From an uncultured Parcubacteria group bacterium (GTDB lineage Bacteria; Patescibacteriota; Minisyncoccia; Phycocordibacterales; UBA2100), in the NCBI GenBank assembly GCA_947085915.1, contig CAMTYD010000020.1:1-42726 (forward strand): a stretch of DNA of 42,726 nucleotides, given 5' to 3'. This document shows positions 9,512 to 17,347 of the stretch, one piece after another. The notes under the pieces are model-generated. The model saw only the letters and a list, made by a program, of their open reading frames with translations. It did not search any database and was not told the DNA's origin. The position numbers and the translations under genes are program-made. Positions within the stretch are counted from its first letter, which is position 1. Every line of letters begins with the position of its first letter.

Positions 9512-9892
9512 ATGATTCAAGACAGAACACTCGTTAAAATAGCGGACAATTCAGGCGGTATCATCGGCCGTGTCTTCAAGATATTGGGCGGCTCCAAGCG
9601 CCGTTACGCAGGTATCGGAGATGAGATAGTCATCTCTATCCAGACTGCGCAGCCACGTAAAGCGGTCAAGAAGAAGGAAGTACACCGCGCTGTCGTCGTC
9701 CGTCAGAGAAAGGCATTCCGCCGCGCAGACGGTTCGTACGTACGCTTCGATGAGAATGCGGTTGTCCTCATTGCCGGTTCGGGCAAAGAGCCAAAGGAAC
9801 CAAAGGCATCTCGCGTCTTTGGTCCCATCCCGCGCGAAATAGCAGAGCGTGGCTACCAACGCATCGCGACACTTGCGCCTGAAATCGTATAA
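9512..9892 (+). CDS. rplN: 50S ribosomal protein L14
   Basis: MIQDRTLVKIADNSG, RRADGSYVRFDENAVV, RVFGPIPREI, LAPEIV. Confidence 0.98.
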   Translation: MIQDRTLVKIADNSGGIIGRVFKILGGSKRRYAGIGDEIVISIQTAQPRKAVKKKEVHRAVVVRQRKAFRRADGSYVRFDENAVVLIAGSGKEPKEPKASRVFGPIPREIAERGYQRIATLAPEIV

Positions 9893-9896
9893 CTAT

Positions 9897-10208
9897 ATGA
9901 AACTCAAGAAAGGAGATAAGGTCCTCGTTATCGCGGGGAAGAATAAGGGAGAAAGCGGCGCAATCGTACGCGTCTTGGTACGCGACAACATGGTGCTTCT
10001 CGACGGTATCAACCTCGTGAAGCGTCATCGCCGTCCATCAGCTCAGAATCGCAAAGGCCAGATTATTGATATGCCGGTGCCGATACACGCCTCCAATGTC
10101 ATGCTCGTGGACCCGAAGACAGGCAAGCCGACCCGCATCAAAATCACACGCAACAAGGAGGGCGGACGTGAGCGTGTCGCGGTCAAAAGCGGGGAATCGT
10201 TGAAATAA
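9897..10208 (+). CDS. rplX: 50S ribosomal protein L24
   Basis: KOW motif MKLKKGDKVLVIAGKNKG; PIHASNVML. Confidence 0.97.
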   Translation: MKLKKGDKVLVIAGKNKGESGAIVRVLVRDNMVLLDGINLVKRHRRPSAQNRKGQIIDMPVPIHASNVMLVDPKTGKPTRIKITRNKEGGRERVAVKSGESLK

Positions 10209-10209
10209 T

Positions 10210-10740
10210 ATGAATGCAACAAAAACACATAACAAAACATTCGATGCGCTCAAAGGTGAGCTTGGCTACACAAACGTCATGCAGACCCCCAAGGTCTCCA
10301 AGATAATCGTCTCGACAGGCGTCGGCTCGCTCAAAGACAAAAAGAAGATTGAGCTCATCATCGAGCGACTCACCCGTATCACAGGTCAGGCTCCTGCAGT
10401 GCGTGGCTCTAAGAAATCAATCGCAAACTTCAAGAGCCGTGTCGGTGATGTCGCAGGCTACCAGATAACGCTTCGCGGCGCCCGCATGCAGTCATTCCTC
10501 GACAAGCTCATCCACATCGTATTTCCCCGCGTCAAAGACTTCCGTGGTATCAAGCCGACGGCAATCGATGAGATGGGCAATATCTCAATAGGATTCAAGG
10601 AGCACATCGTATTTCCTGAGACGTCCGACGAAGACACAAAAGACATCTTCGGCCTCGCTGTCACTATCGTCACGACCGCTAAGAGCAGAAAAGAAGCAGA
10701 AGCGTATCTCCGCTATATCGGCATCCCTTTCAAGTCGTAA
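10210..10740 (+). CDS. rplE: 50S ribosomal protein L5
   Basis: NVMQTPKVSKI, ITGQAP, SIANFKSR, PRVKDFRG, EHIVFPE. Confidence 0.97.
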   Translation: MNATKTHNKTFDALKGELGYTNVMQTPKVSKIIVSTGVGSLKDKKKIELIIERLTRITGQAPAVRGSKKSIANFKSRVGDVAGYQITLRGARMQSFLDKLIHIVFPRVKDFRGIKPTAIDEMGNISIGFKEHIVFPETSDEDTKDIFGLAVTIVTTAKSRKEAEAYLRYIGIPFKS

Positions 10741-10756
10741 ACAACTAGCAAACCAA

Positions 10757-10787
10757 GAAAACGGCTCACCAAGAGTGAGCCGTTTTC
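10757..10787. terminator. Bidirectional intrinsic terminator after rplE
   Basis: GAAAACGGCTCAC-caaga-GTGAGCCGTTTTC perfect stem with A/T runs on both sides. Confidence 0.8.
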
Positions 10788-10818
10788 AATAGGAGAAGCT
10801 CTCCATAGAGTGCAAGCA

Positions 10819-10854
10819 ATACACAATCTCTGCCGACCGCTACAGATTGTGTAT
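10819..10854. repeat. 36-bp palindromic site, copy A (downstream of the PaaX/Cas2-like gene)
   Basis: ATACACAATCTCTG-CCGACCGC-TACAGATTGTGTAT; direct repeat of 11434-11469. Confidence 0.9.
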
Positions 10855-10859
10855 ACGGA

Positions 10860-11423
10860 TTATTTCAATCCAAAGTGTGCTTTTATCTCTGCGTCACCTT
10901 CGATTTTCTCGGCGATAACATATCGCACATTCTTTCCTGTACGTAATTCGAGTTTTATCAACGCAATAAGCTCTTCGCTGTCATACGGATAGACCCATAC
11001 GCTGTCCTGAAGTCGGAAGAAACCCAGCTGTCTGATAAGCGCAGTAAGTCTGTTCCGGCTTTTACGCCATTTCTCCGGAATATCGAAAATAACCATTCGC
11101 CACCTTTTGTCCCAGCGTTTCTTTGGGAGGGGAATGGTGGTTATATTGTCCAACAATCGTTGACCTTTGGGGGTTAAGCGCGCGTAACTCACCTCATCTT
11201 TTTTTACGAAAGTAATAAGACCTTTTTGTTTCAGCCGTGTTAGTGCATTGGTGCTTTGCGCAAAAAAGCGCGACTTATTCTTTACGCTACCGAGTAGCTT
11301 TAGAGTATTTGGAGCCATCACCCCGATGGCGAGGATTCCCGCGATGCCAATCGCAGAGAGGGTGGCATTCTGAATAGCGCCTCTGGTTCGCAATTTCCTC
11401 GCTTCTTGTTCAATATCACCCAT
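10860..11423 (-). CDS. PaaX-like protein: winged HTH plus C-terminal Cas2-like (ferredoxin-fold) domain
   Basis: wHTH-type ALTRLKQKGLI...ARLTPKG, then WDKRWRMVIFDIPE...LGFFRLQDSVWVYP, typical of the PaaX central/Cas2-like domain. Start moved to ATG 11423 (187 aa), 7 nt from TATACT. Confidence 0.85.
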   Translation of the reverse strand: MGDIEQEARKLRTRGAIQNATLSAIGIAGILAIGVMAPNTLKLLGSVKNKSRFFAQSTNALTRLKQKGLITFVKKDEVSYARLTPKGQRLLDNITTIPLPKKRWDKRWRMVIFDIPEKWRKSRNRLTALIRQLGFFRLQDSVWVYPYDSEELIALIKLELRTGKNVRYVIAEKIEGDAEIKAHFGLK

Positions 11424-11433
11424 AGTAACCAGT

Positions 11434-11469
11434 ATACACAATCTGTGCCGACCGTCAGAGTTTGTGTAT
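11434..11469. repeat. 36-bp palindromic site, copy B (over the promoter of the PaaX/Cas2-like gene)
   Basis: ATACACAATCTGTG-CCGACCGT-CAGAGTTTGTGTAT; overlaps the minus-strand -10 TATACT (11431-11436). Confidence 0.9.
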
Positions 11470-11510
11470 GGGGAGTTTGTTGGGTAGGATGTTAGAAACA
11501 TCGAAGCTAT

Positions 11511-12209
11511 ATGGCAGACTCACGCAAGCACAAGGAATTCTGGAACAAGGAATACAGAACGAGCGAACACCTCACGCTCTCTACCGCACCTTCCGAAGAC
11601 CTTGAAAAGTTCACCCGCTTCCTGGAGAGAGAATACAAACGCGAATATCTCAACGGCTACGCCCGTGTCCTGGACCTGGGCTGCGGCAACGGCCGCAATC
11701 TTATCTACCTCGCCGACCAATACGCTATGCGGGGCGTGGGCTATGACATCTCCGATGTGGCGATTGCCGAAGCGGTCAAAGCCTCCAAAGACTTACACTT
11801 GGAATACGAAGTGCGCTCTATCGCCGAGCCGCTACCGCTTGCGGACGGCTCCGTCACCATGGTGCTCGATATGATGACCTCGCACTTCCTCAAGGGGGAG
11901 GAGCGCAAAGCACTCAAAGCAGAAATTCTCCGCGTACTGCGTCCGGGTGGCTGGCTCTTCTTCAAGTCATTTCTTGCCGATGAGGACCTCAACGTAAAGC
12001 GGCTTTTGCGGGAGAACCCTGCCGACGAAGAAAATGCGTACATCCACCCCAAAATGGGAGTGTATGAATACGTGTGGACCGAAGAGGCGCTAGAGGAATT
12101 CTTCACGCCCGAATTTGAGATACACAAAGTACACAAATCTCACAAACACCTCCGCCGCGGCAAACCCGGCAAACGCCGCACCCTCTCTGCCTACATGCAG
12201 AAATTCTAG
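11511..12209 (+). CDS. Class I SAM-dependent methyltransferase
   Basis: Motif I VLDLGCGNGRN, GYDIS, LPLADGSV, EILRVLRPGG. Confidence 0.9.
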   Translation: MADSRKHKEFWNKEYRTSEHLTLSTAPSEDLEKFTRFLEREYKREYLNGYARVLDLGCGNGRNLIYLADQYAMRGVGYDISDVAIAEAVKASKDLHLEYEVRSIAEPLPLADGSVTMVLDMMTSHFLKGEERKALKAEILRVLRPGGWLFFKSFLADEDLNVKRLLRENPADEENAYIHPKMGVYEYVWTEEALEEFFTPEFEIHKVHKSHKHLRRGKPGKRRTLSAYMQKF

Positions 12210-12307
12210 TTACATAGACAAAGAAGGAAAGCTCTATATCATCAAGTTGTTTTGGGTTAGGCGGTTACCAAGACATTGCATATGCAAACCGTGTTCAGGA
12301 GGCCCAG

Positions 12308-12519
12308 ATGAAGGCCAGGGAAATTCCGCCCTAGCGGCGGATCGCGAAGCGTTACTTCTCGATGCGTGGCATCTTTCCAAGCAAAGTGAGGAAACGCGAC
12401 ATTTGCCATTTTGCGCCCATGATCAAACGTGGTCGCATTGGCCAGTTGAACGGCTAGCAGTTGTTGTCAATGTCATGCGCCTTGTGGCGGAAGGCAAGAC
12501 GAAGCCGCTTACCTTTTGA
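12308..12519 (+). pseudogene. Possible frameshifted small orphan gene
   Basis: AGGAGG (12297-12302) precedes ATG 12308, which stops at codon 9. The -1 frame stays open to TGA 12519, just before a terminator. Confidence 0.3.
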
Positions 12520-12532
12520 CTGAAAACATCGG

Positions 12533-12565
12533 AATGGGTGCGGGCGACTGCACCCATTTTCTTTT
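12533..12565 (+). terminator. Intrinsic terminator
   Basis: AATGGGTGC-gggcgact-GCACCCATT followed by TTCTTTT. Confidence 0.75.
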
Positions 12566-12566
12566 G

Positions 12567-12595
12567 TTGACTTTACCCCTCGGTTCGCGTATATT
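12567..12595 (+). promoter_or_regulatory. Sigma70-type promoter of the rpsN-secY part of the spc operon
   Basis: TTGACT (12567-12572), 17-nt spacer, TATATT (12590-12595). Confidence 0.7.
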
Positions 12596-12769
12596 TCCTG
12601 AGCCTCGTAGGGGGCTTTGTTTTTTAGAGTGATTCGGGCTTAGGCCTGAATATCGCAGGAACAAGGTCACGGAGGGAGTTTCTTTAACCCAACATCCGAA
12701 AGGTGGGGTGCCGGAACTTCCACTTCTCCTTTAGGCTCCTCTCGACTAGCTCGAGGTAAACAAAAAGTC

Positions 12770-12955
12770 ATGGCAAAGAAATCAATGATCATAAAGGCGA
12801 ACCGCGTACCGAAGTTTTCTTCGCGTACGGTTCGACGCTGCTTCAAGTGCGGCCGCCCACGCGGATTTATGCGCGATTTCAATCTTTGCCGTATCTGCTT
12901 CCGCGAGGAGGCTTTGGAGGGAAATATTCCTGGAATCAAAAAATCATCATGGTAG
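12770..12955 (+). CDS. rpsN: 30S ribosomal protein S14, short Zn-binding (type Z) form
   Basis: 61 aa with [10 protein letters not shown] and LCRICFRE (four Cys) and PGIKKSSW. Confidence 0.97.
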   Translation: MAKKSMIIKANRVPKFSSRTVRRCFKCGRPRGFMRDFNLCRICFREEALEGNIPGIKKSSW

Positions 12956-13344
12956 GCGATACGATCGGTGACTTCATAGTGCGACTTACAAACGCCGGTG
13001 CAATCAAGAAGGCTACCGTCTCGGTACCGTACTCGGCATTCAAGATGGCTGTCGCAGAAAAGTTGAAAGACATGGGCTACGTGAAGGATATCGAGAAGAA
13101 GGGTAAGAAGGTCAAGAAGACCATCGATGTCGTCCTCAAGTACTCAGAGACTGGCGAACACGCTATCCAGGGCGTAAAGCGCATCTCGAAGCCGGGCCGC
13201 CGTTTGTACAAGAGCACACGTGAAATCGTCCCTGTCCGCTACGGACACGGCTCGCTCGTTCTCTCGACCCCGAAAGGAGTTCTCTCCGACAAGGAAGCTC
13301 GCAAGCAGAATGTCGGCGGTGAAGCACTCTTTGAAATCTGGTAA
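12949..13344 (+). CDS. rpsH: 30S ribosomal protein S8
   Basis: [40 protein letters not shown]. Start overlaps the end of rpsN. Confidence 0.97.
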   Translation: MVGDTIGDFIVRLTNAGAIKKATVSVPYSAFKMAVAEKLKDMGYVKDIEKKGKKVKKTIDVVLKYSETGEHAIQGVKRISKPGRRLYKSTREIVPVRYGHGSLVLSTPKGVLSDKEARKQNVGGEALFEIW

Positions 13345-13363
13345 TTTTTCTTCAAATATTCAT

Positions 13364-13909
13364 ATGTCACGTATAGGAAAAAGAGCAATACCGATCCCCG
13401 CAGGCACTGAAGTCTCGGTCGTTTCGAACGAGCTTATCGTCAAGGGGAAGGGAGGCACCCTCAAGAAGATGGTGCACCCAGCTGTCACCATCGCTATCGC
13501 CAATGGTGAAGCGACTGTTACCCCAAAAGAGAAGTCCCGCCTCGGACGCGCTTTGTGGGGCACCTACGCTGCACACGTCCGCAACATGATCTCGGGAGTC
13601 AATACGCCATTCATAAAGAAATTGCAGGTAGAAGGTATCGGTTACAAAGTAGAGCTTACCGGCAAACAACTCAAGCTCATCGTCGGATTCTCACACCCGG
13701 TCCTGCTCGCTATCCCTGAAGGCATCACCGCAGTAGTCGAGAAGAACATCGTCACCGTCTCGGGTTCTGACAAGGAGGCGGTCGGTCAATTCGCTGCATC
13801 CGTGCGCGCCGTAAAGAAGCCGGAGCCGTACAAGGGCAAGGGCATCCGCTATGAGGGAGAGGTCGTCCGCGAGAAGCAAGGTAAGAAGGCAGCAGCTGCA
13901 GCCGCATAG
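13364..13909 (+). CDS. rplF: 50S ribosomal protein L6
   Basis: MSRIGKRAI, GIGYK, GFSHPV, KPEPYKGKGIRY. Confidence 0.98.
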   Translation: MSRIGKRAIPIPAGTEVSVVSNELIVKGKGGTLKKMVHPAVTIAIANGEATVTPKEKSRLGRALWGTYAAHVRNMISGVNTPFIKKLQVEGIGYKVELTGKQLKLIVGFSHPVLLAIPEGITAVVEKNIVTVSGSDKEAVGQFAASVRAVKKPEPYKGKGIRYEGEVVREKQGKKAAAAAA

Positions 13910-13939
13910 TTCGACATCGCTCACTATAAATAAAAAACT

Positions 13940-14284
13940 ATGGAACTCACAAAAGCACAGCAAAGAATCCGCCGCCACAAACGTGTGCGCGCAAAGGTTA
14001 TCGGAAGCGAAACCCGCCCACGTCTTTCGATATACAAGTCCAACACGCGCCTTACCGCACAGATAATCGATGACACCAAGCGCGTTACTATCGCGGCGGT
14101 TTCATCTGCTGACGAAAAAGGCAAGACTCCGCGCGAGAGGGCAGAGCAGGCGGCAGCAACACTCGCAAAGAGCGCAGGCGCCAAGGGCATTAAAGCGGTT
14201 GTCTTCGACCGTGGTGGTTTCCAGTACGTCGGGACGGTGAAGGCATTTGCCGACGCTGCACGCGCTGCCGGATTAGAATTTTAA
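13940..14284 (+). CDS. rplR: 50S ribosomal protein L18
   Basis: RPRLSIYKSN, AQIIDD, VVFDRGGFQYVG, ARAAGLEF. Confidence 0.97.
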   Translation: MELTKAQQRIRRHKRVRAKVIGSETRPRLSIYKSNTRLTAQIIDDTKRVTIAAVSSADEKGKTPRERAEQAAATLAKSAGAKGIKAVVFDRGGFQYVGTVKAFADAARAAGLEF

Positions 14285-14293
14285 TAAAACTAT

Positions 14294-14914
14294 ATGGCCG
14301 ATAATCAACCAGAAGAAGTAAAGCCAGATGCAGCCGCACAGGCTCCTTCTGATACACACCTGCCTGCGCAGGCAGGGGCACCAAAGGCTGGTTTTGCAGG
14401 CCGTGGAGGAAACCGTGACCGCCGTGGAGGTCGCCCAGGGGGCCGACCAGGTGGTCGCCGTGGAGGGGATGAACGCCGCAGTGAATTCGCACAGAAGCTC
14501 ATCGGCATCCGCCGCGTCGCCCGCGTCATGGCAGGAGGCCGTCGTTTCAATTTCAGCGCTGCACTCGTGATTGGCGACAAGAAGGGTCGCGTCGGTGTAG
14601 GACTCGGCAAAGCAGCTGACACCGCACAGGCGATAGAGAAAGCTACCCGTGCAGCGAAAAAGGCGATGATACAGCTCAACCTCACCAAGACCCGCAGTAT
14701 TCCTCACAACATCGCGGCGAAGTTTTGTGCATCGCGTGTAGAAATCCGTCCGAGCGCAGGCCGCGGATTGGTCGCAGGTTCGTCGGTACGTACCGTACTC
14801 GAGCTCGCAGGCGTCACCGACGTTACGGCGAAGATACTTTCTCGTAGCCACAATCCCGTCAACAACGCACGTGCAGCTGTCGAGGCTTTGAGAAAGCTCT
14901 CAATGGGAAAATAA
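14294..14914 (+). CDS. rpsE: 30S ribosomal protein S5
   Basis: RRVARVMAGGRRFNFSAALVIGD, GRVGVGLGKA, VRTVLELAGV; long Gly/Arg-rich N-terminal extension. Confidence 0.97.
   Translation: MADNQPEEVKPDAAAQAPSDTHLPAQAGAPKAGFAGRGGNRDRRGGRPGGRPGGRRGGDERRSEFAQKLIGIRRVARVMAGGRRFNFSAALVIGDKKGRVGVGLGKAADTAQAIEKATRAAKKAMIQLNLTKTRSIPHNIAAKFCASRVEIRPSAGRGLVAGSSVRTVLELAGVTDVTAKILSRSHNPVNNARAAVEALRKLSMGK
14359..14376. repeat. Perfect 18-bp palindrome within rpsE
   Basis: CCTGCCTGCGCAGGCAGG is its own reverse complement. Confidence 0.7.
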
Positions 14915-14915
14915 T

Positions 14916-15362
14916 ATGACAACATCACTCAACTCACTCAAACGGATGACCTTGCGCAAAGAAATGCGCGTCGGTCGTGGTGGAAAGCGCGGCAAGACCG
15001 CAGGACGCGGTACTAAGGGGCAGAACGCACGTGCGGGCCGCAAGAAGCGCCCGGAAATGCGCGACATCATCAAGAAGTTGCCGAAACGCCGCGGATACGG
15101 CAAGAACCGTGGACGCAGCGTCGATGGCACAAAGCTTGATGCCGTTGTGATTTCGCTCGACCGCCTCGAGAAGCTCTTCGAAGGAGGCGCGGAAGTAAGC
15201 TACAAAGTACTTACAGAAAAGGGTGCCGTCTCAGCACGCACCATGCCACCAGTAAAGATTGTCGGCACGGGCACGCTCTCCAAAAAGCTCTCATTCAAAG
15301 GTCTCGCCGTATCTGCTTCAGCCCGCCTTGCTATCGAGAAGGCTGGAGGTACGATTAGCTAG
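14916..15362 (+). CDS. rplO: 50S ribosomal protein L15
   Basis: RVGRGGKRGKTAGRGTKGQNARAG, LPKRRG, AIEKAGG. Follows rpsE directly, with no rpmD. Confidence 0.97.
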   Translation: MTTSLNSLKRMTLRKEMRVGRGGKRGKTAGRGTKGQNARAGRKKRPEMRDIIKKLPKRRGYGKNRGRSVDGTKLDAVVISLDRLEKLFEGGAEVSYKVLTEKGAVSARTMPPVKIVGTGTLSKKLSFKGLAVSASARLAIEKAGGTIS

Positions 15363-15367
15363 CCTAT

Positions 15368-16642
15368 ATGTTTGAATCATTCATTCGCAAAATAAAGCTC
15401 ACCTTCGAAGACGAAGTATTGCGCACACGCATTCTTTTCGTCTTGGCAGCTCTTGTGGTGTTCCGTTTTCTCGCCGCAATTCCTATACCGGGTATCAACG
15501 CTGCACAGCTTGAAGCATTCTTGAGCAACAACCAATTCCTCGGCCTTCTCAACATATTCTCGGGAGGCGGTTTTTCAAATCTCTCTATCATGATGATAGG
15601 AGTCTCTCCGTACATCACCGCATCTATCGTGATGCAGCTCATGACTATTCTTATTCCGAAGTTGAAGGAGATGTACCAGGAAGAAGGGGATTCAGGTCGT
15701 ATGCGCTTCATGCAATACTCCCGCTATCTCTCGGTTCCGCTCGCTTTTATCCAAGGCTTCGGATTTCTGCTCCTCTTGCAACAGAACGGCATTGTGCCTC
15801 AGCTCTCGCTTCTTGCCTTCATAACCAATGTCACGGTCATAGCCGCAGGTGCCATGCTCGTCATGTGGATAGGTGAACTCATCTCAGAGTTTGGTGTCGG
15901 CAACGGCATCTCGCTCATCATCTTCGCCGGTATTGTCGCGAGCTTGCCTTCAGCTATCGCTCAGCTCATCTTTAGTTTCGACGTCGCGCAGATTCCTGTG
16001 TACATCGCATTTTCAGTTGTTGCCGTACTCATCATCGCTGGGGTCGTCTTCATCACTGAGGCCGAGCGTCCGATTCCCGTAACGTACGCGCGCCGTGTCC
16101 GTGGCACCAAGGTTTTGGGCGGCGTCTCGACGTACTTGCCTTTGCGCGTAAATCAAGCAGGAGTTATTCCTATCATCTTTGCTCTTTCTATCTTACTTTT
16201 CCCACAGATGATAGCGACGTTCATTGCAAAAAGCTCCATTCCGTTTCTCGCTTCGGGTGCCTCCGCAGTCGTCTCAGCACTTGCGAATCAGTGGGTATAC
16301 GGAAGCCTCTACTTCTTCCTCGTTGTCATATTCACGTACTTCTACACCGCTATCACCTTCGAGCCGAATCAGGTAGCAAAGAATCTGCAGAAGAACGGCG
16401 CCTTCATCCCGGGTGTCCGGCCCGGCGGCACGACGAGTGAATACCTCGGCAACATCATCACCCGCATCACGCTCGTAGGTGCACTCTTCTTGGGTTCACT
16501 CGCGGTACTCCCTATTGTCCTACAAGGATTGACGGGTATCACCGCCATCACCATCGGCGGTACCGCACTTCTCATCGCAGTTTCCGTTGTACTCGACCTT
16601 GTTAAGAAAATCGATGCACAAACATCGATCCGGGAATATTAG
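15368..16642 (+). CDS. secY: Preprotein translocase subunit SecY
   Basis: About ten hydrophobic segments; GVSPYITASIVMQL, GVGNGISLIIFAGI, NQAGVIPIIFA, FIPGVRPG, GGTALLIAVSV. Confidence 0.98.
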   Translation: MFESFIRKIKLTFEDEVLRTRILFVLAALVVFRFLAAIPIPGINAAQLEAFLSNNQFLGLLNIFSGGGFSNLSIMMIGVSPYITASIVMQLMTILIPKLKEMYQEEGDSGRMRFMQYSRYLSVPLAFIQGFGFLLLLQQNGIVPQLSLLAFITNVTVIAAGAMLVMWIGELISEFGVGNGISLIIFAGIVASLPSAIAQLIFSFDVAQIPVYIAFSVVAVLIIAGVVFITEAERPIPVTYARRVRGTKVLGGVSTYLPLRVNQAGVIPIIFALSILLFPQMIATFIAKSSIPFLASGASAVVSALANQWVYGSLYFFLVVIFTYFYTAITFEPNQVAKNLQKNGAFIPGVRPGGTTSEYLGNIITRITLVGALFLGSLAVLPIVLQGLTGITAITIGGTALLIAVSVVLDLVKKIDAQTSIREY

Positions 16643-16698
16643 AACAAGGCGCAGCTATTCATCTGCTCCATCACTCTAAGTGTGGTAATCTCGTCCAT

Positions 16699-17280
16699 AT
16701 GAAGCAAGTCATAGTCATCGCAGGACCTTCAGGAAGTGGCAAGAACGCCATCATCAACAGTATTTTAAGGAGCCATCACAACTGCGTCCGACTCGTGACC
16801 GCTACAACGCGCTCAATGCGCCCAGGGGAGCAGGAGGGGGTGGATTATTACTTCCTCTCCCAGGAAAAGTTTGACGAAGCGCTTGCGGCGGGCAATATTC
16901 CAGAGCATCGTTTTGTACCCGCGCTCAATACCTATTACGGGATTTACTTGCCTGACCTCCAAAAGAAGATAAAGGAAGGGAAAATAGTATTTGCTCAGGT
17001 GGACATTGAGGGTGCGCGACTCCTCAAGGAGCGTTTCAACGCAACCACCATTTTCATTATGCCTGAGTCACTCGACCAGTTCCGTGGCCGTCTGCGCGCG
17101 CGTAACCCGGAGTGGTCGCAAAAAGAGTTTGATGCCCGCATGAAGATAACCGAAGAAGAAATGCGCGTACATGCGCCGCAGTATGACTACCGGGTCACAA
17201 ATGCTGATGGAGCATTGGAAGAGACCGCATCGCAGGTCATGGATATTATGCGAAAGGAAGGCTATACTTTCCAATCATGA
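16699..17280 (+). CDS. gmk: Guanylate kinase
   Basis: P-loop GPSGSGKN, TTRSMRPGEQEGVDYYF, YYGI. Confidence 0.92.
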   Translation: MKQVIVIAGPSGSGKNAIINSILRSHHNCVRLVTATTRSMRPGEQEGVDYYFLSQEKFDEALAAGNIPEHRFVPALNTYYGIYLPDLQKKIKEGKIVFAQVDIEGARLLKERFNATTIFIMPESLDQFRGRLRARNPEWSQKEFDARMKITEEEMRVHAPQYDYRVTNADGALEETASQVMDIMRKEGYTFQS

Positions 17281-17347
17281 ATCCCACCCTTTCAAATTCG
17301 GCAATAACCATATGATGAAGGATGAAGGTAGAAAGGGAGGGATGAAT
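17277..17347. mobile_element. 59-bp CCC...GGG mini-element between ATGAAT direct repeats at the adk start
   Basis: ATGAAT-CCCACCCTTTC-(37 nt)-GAAAGGGAGGG-ATGAAT; ATGAATCCCA occurs at both 17277 and 17342. Confidence 0.6.

Noticed and set aside
10819-10854. XerCD dif site or integron attC
   Set aside because: No match to the 11-6-11 dif consensus or to RYYYAAC/GTTRRRY attC ends.
10819-11469. CRISPR-Cas locus (36-bp repeats plus Cas2-like domain)
   Set aside because: Only two repeats, separated by a whole gene rather than 30-40-nt spacers. No cas1 or effector genes are present, and the protein carries an N-terminal wHTH.
12308-12457. Stop-codon readthrough or alternative genetic code (TAG at codon 9 of a 49-codon frame)
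   Set aside because: TAG and TGA end conserved genes normally in this window (rpsN, rplF, secY and map with TAG; gmk and adk with TGA), so code 11 fits.
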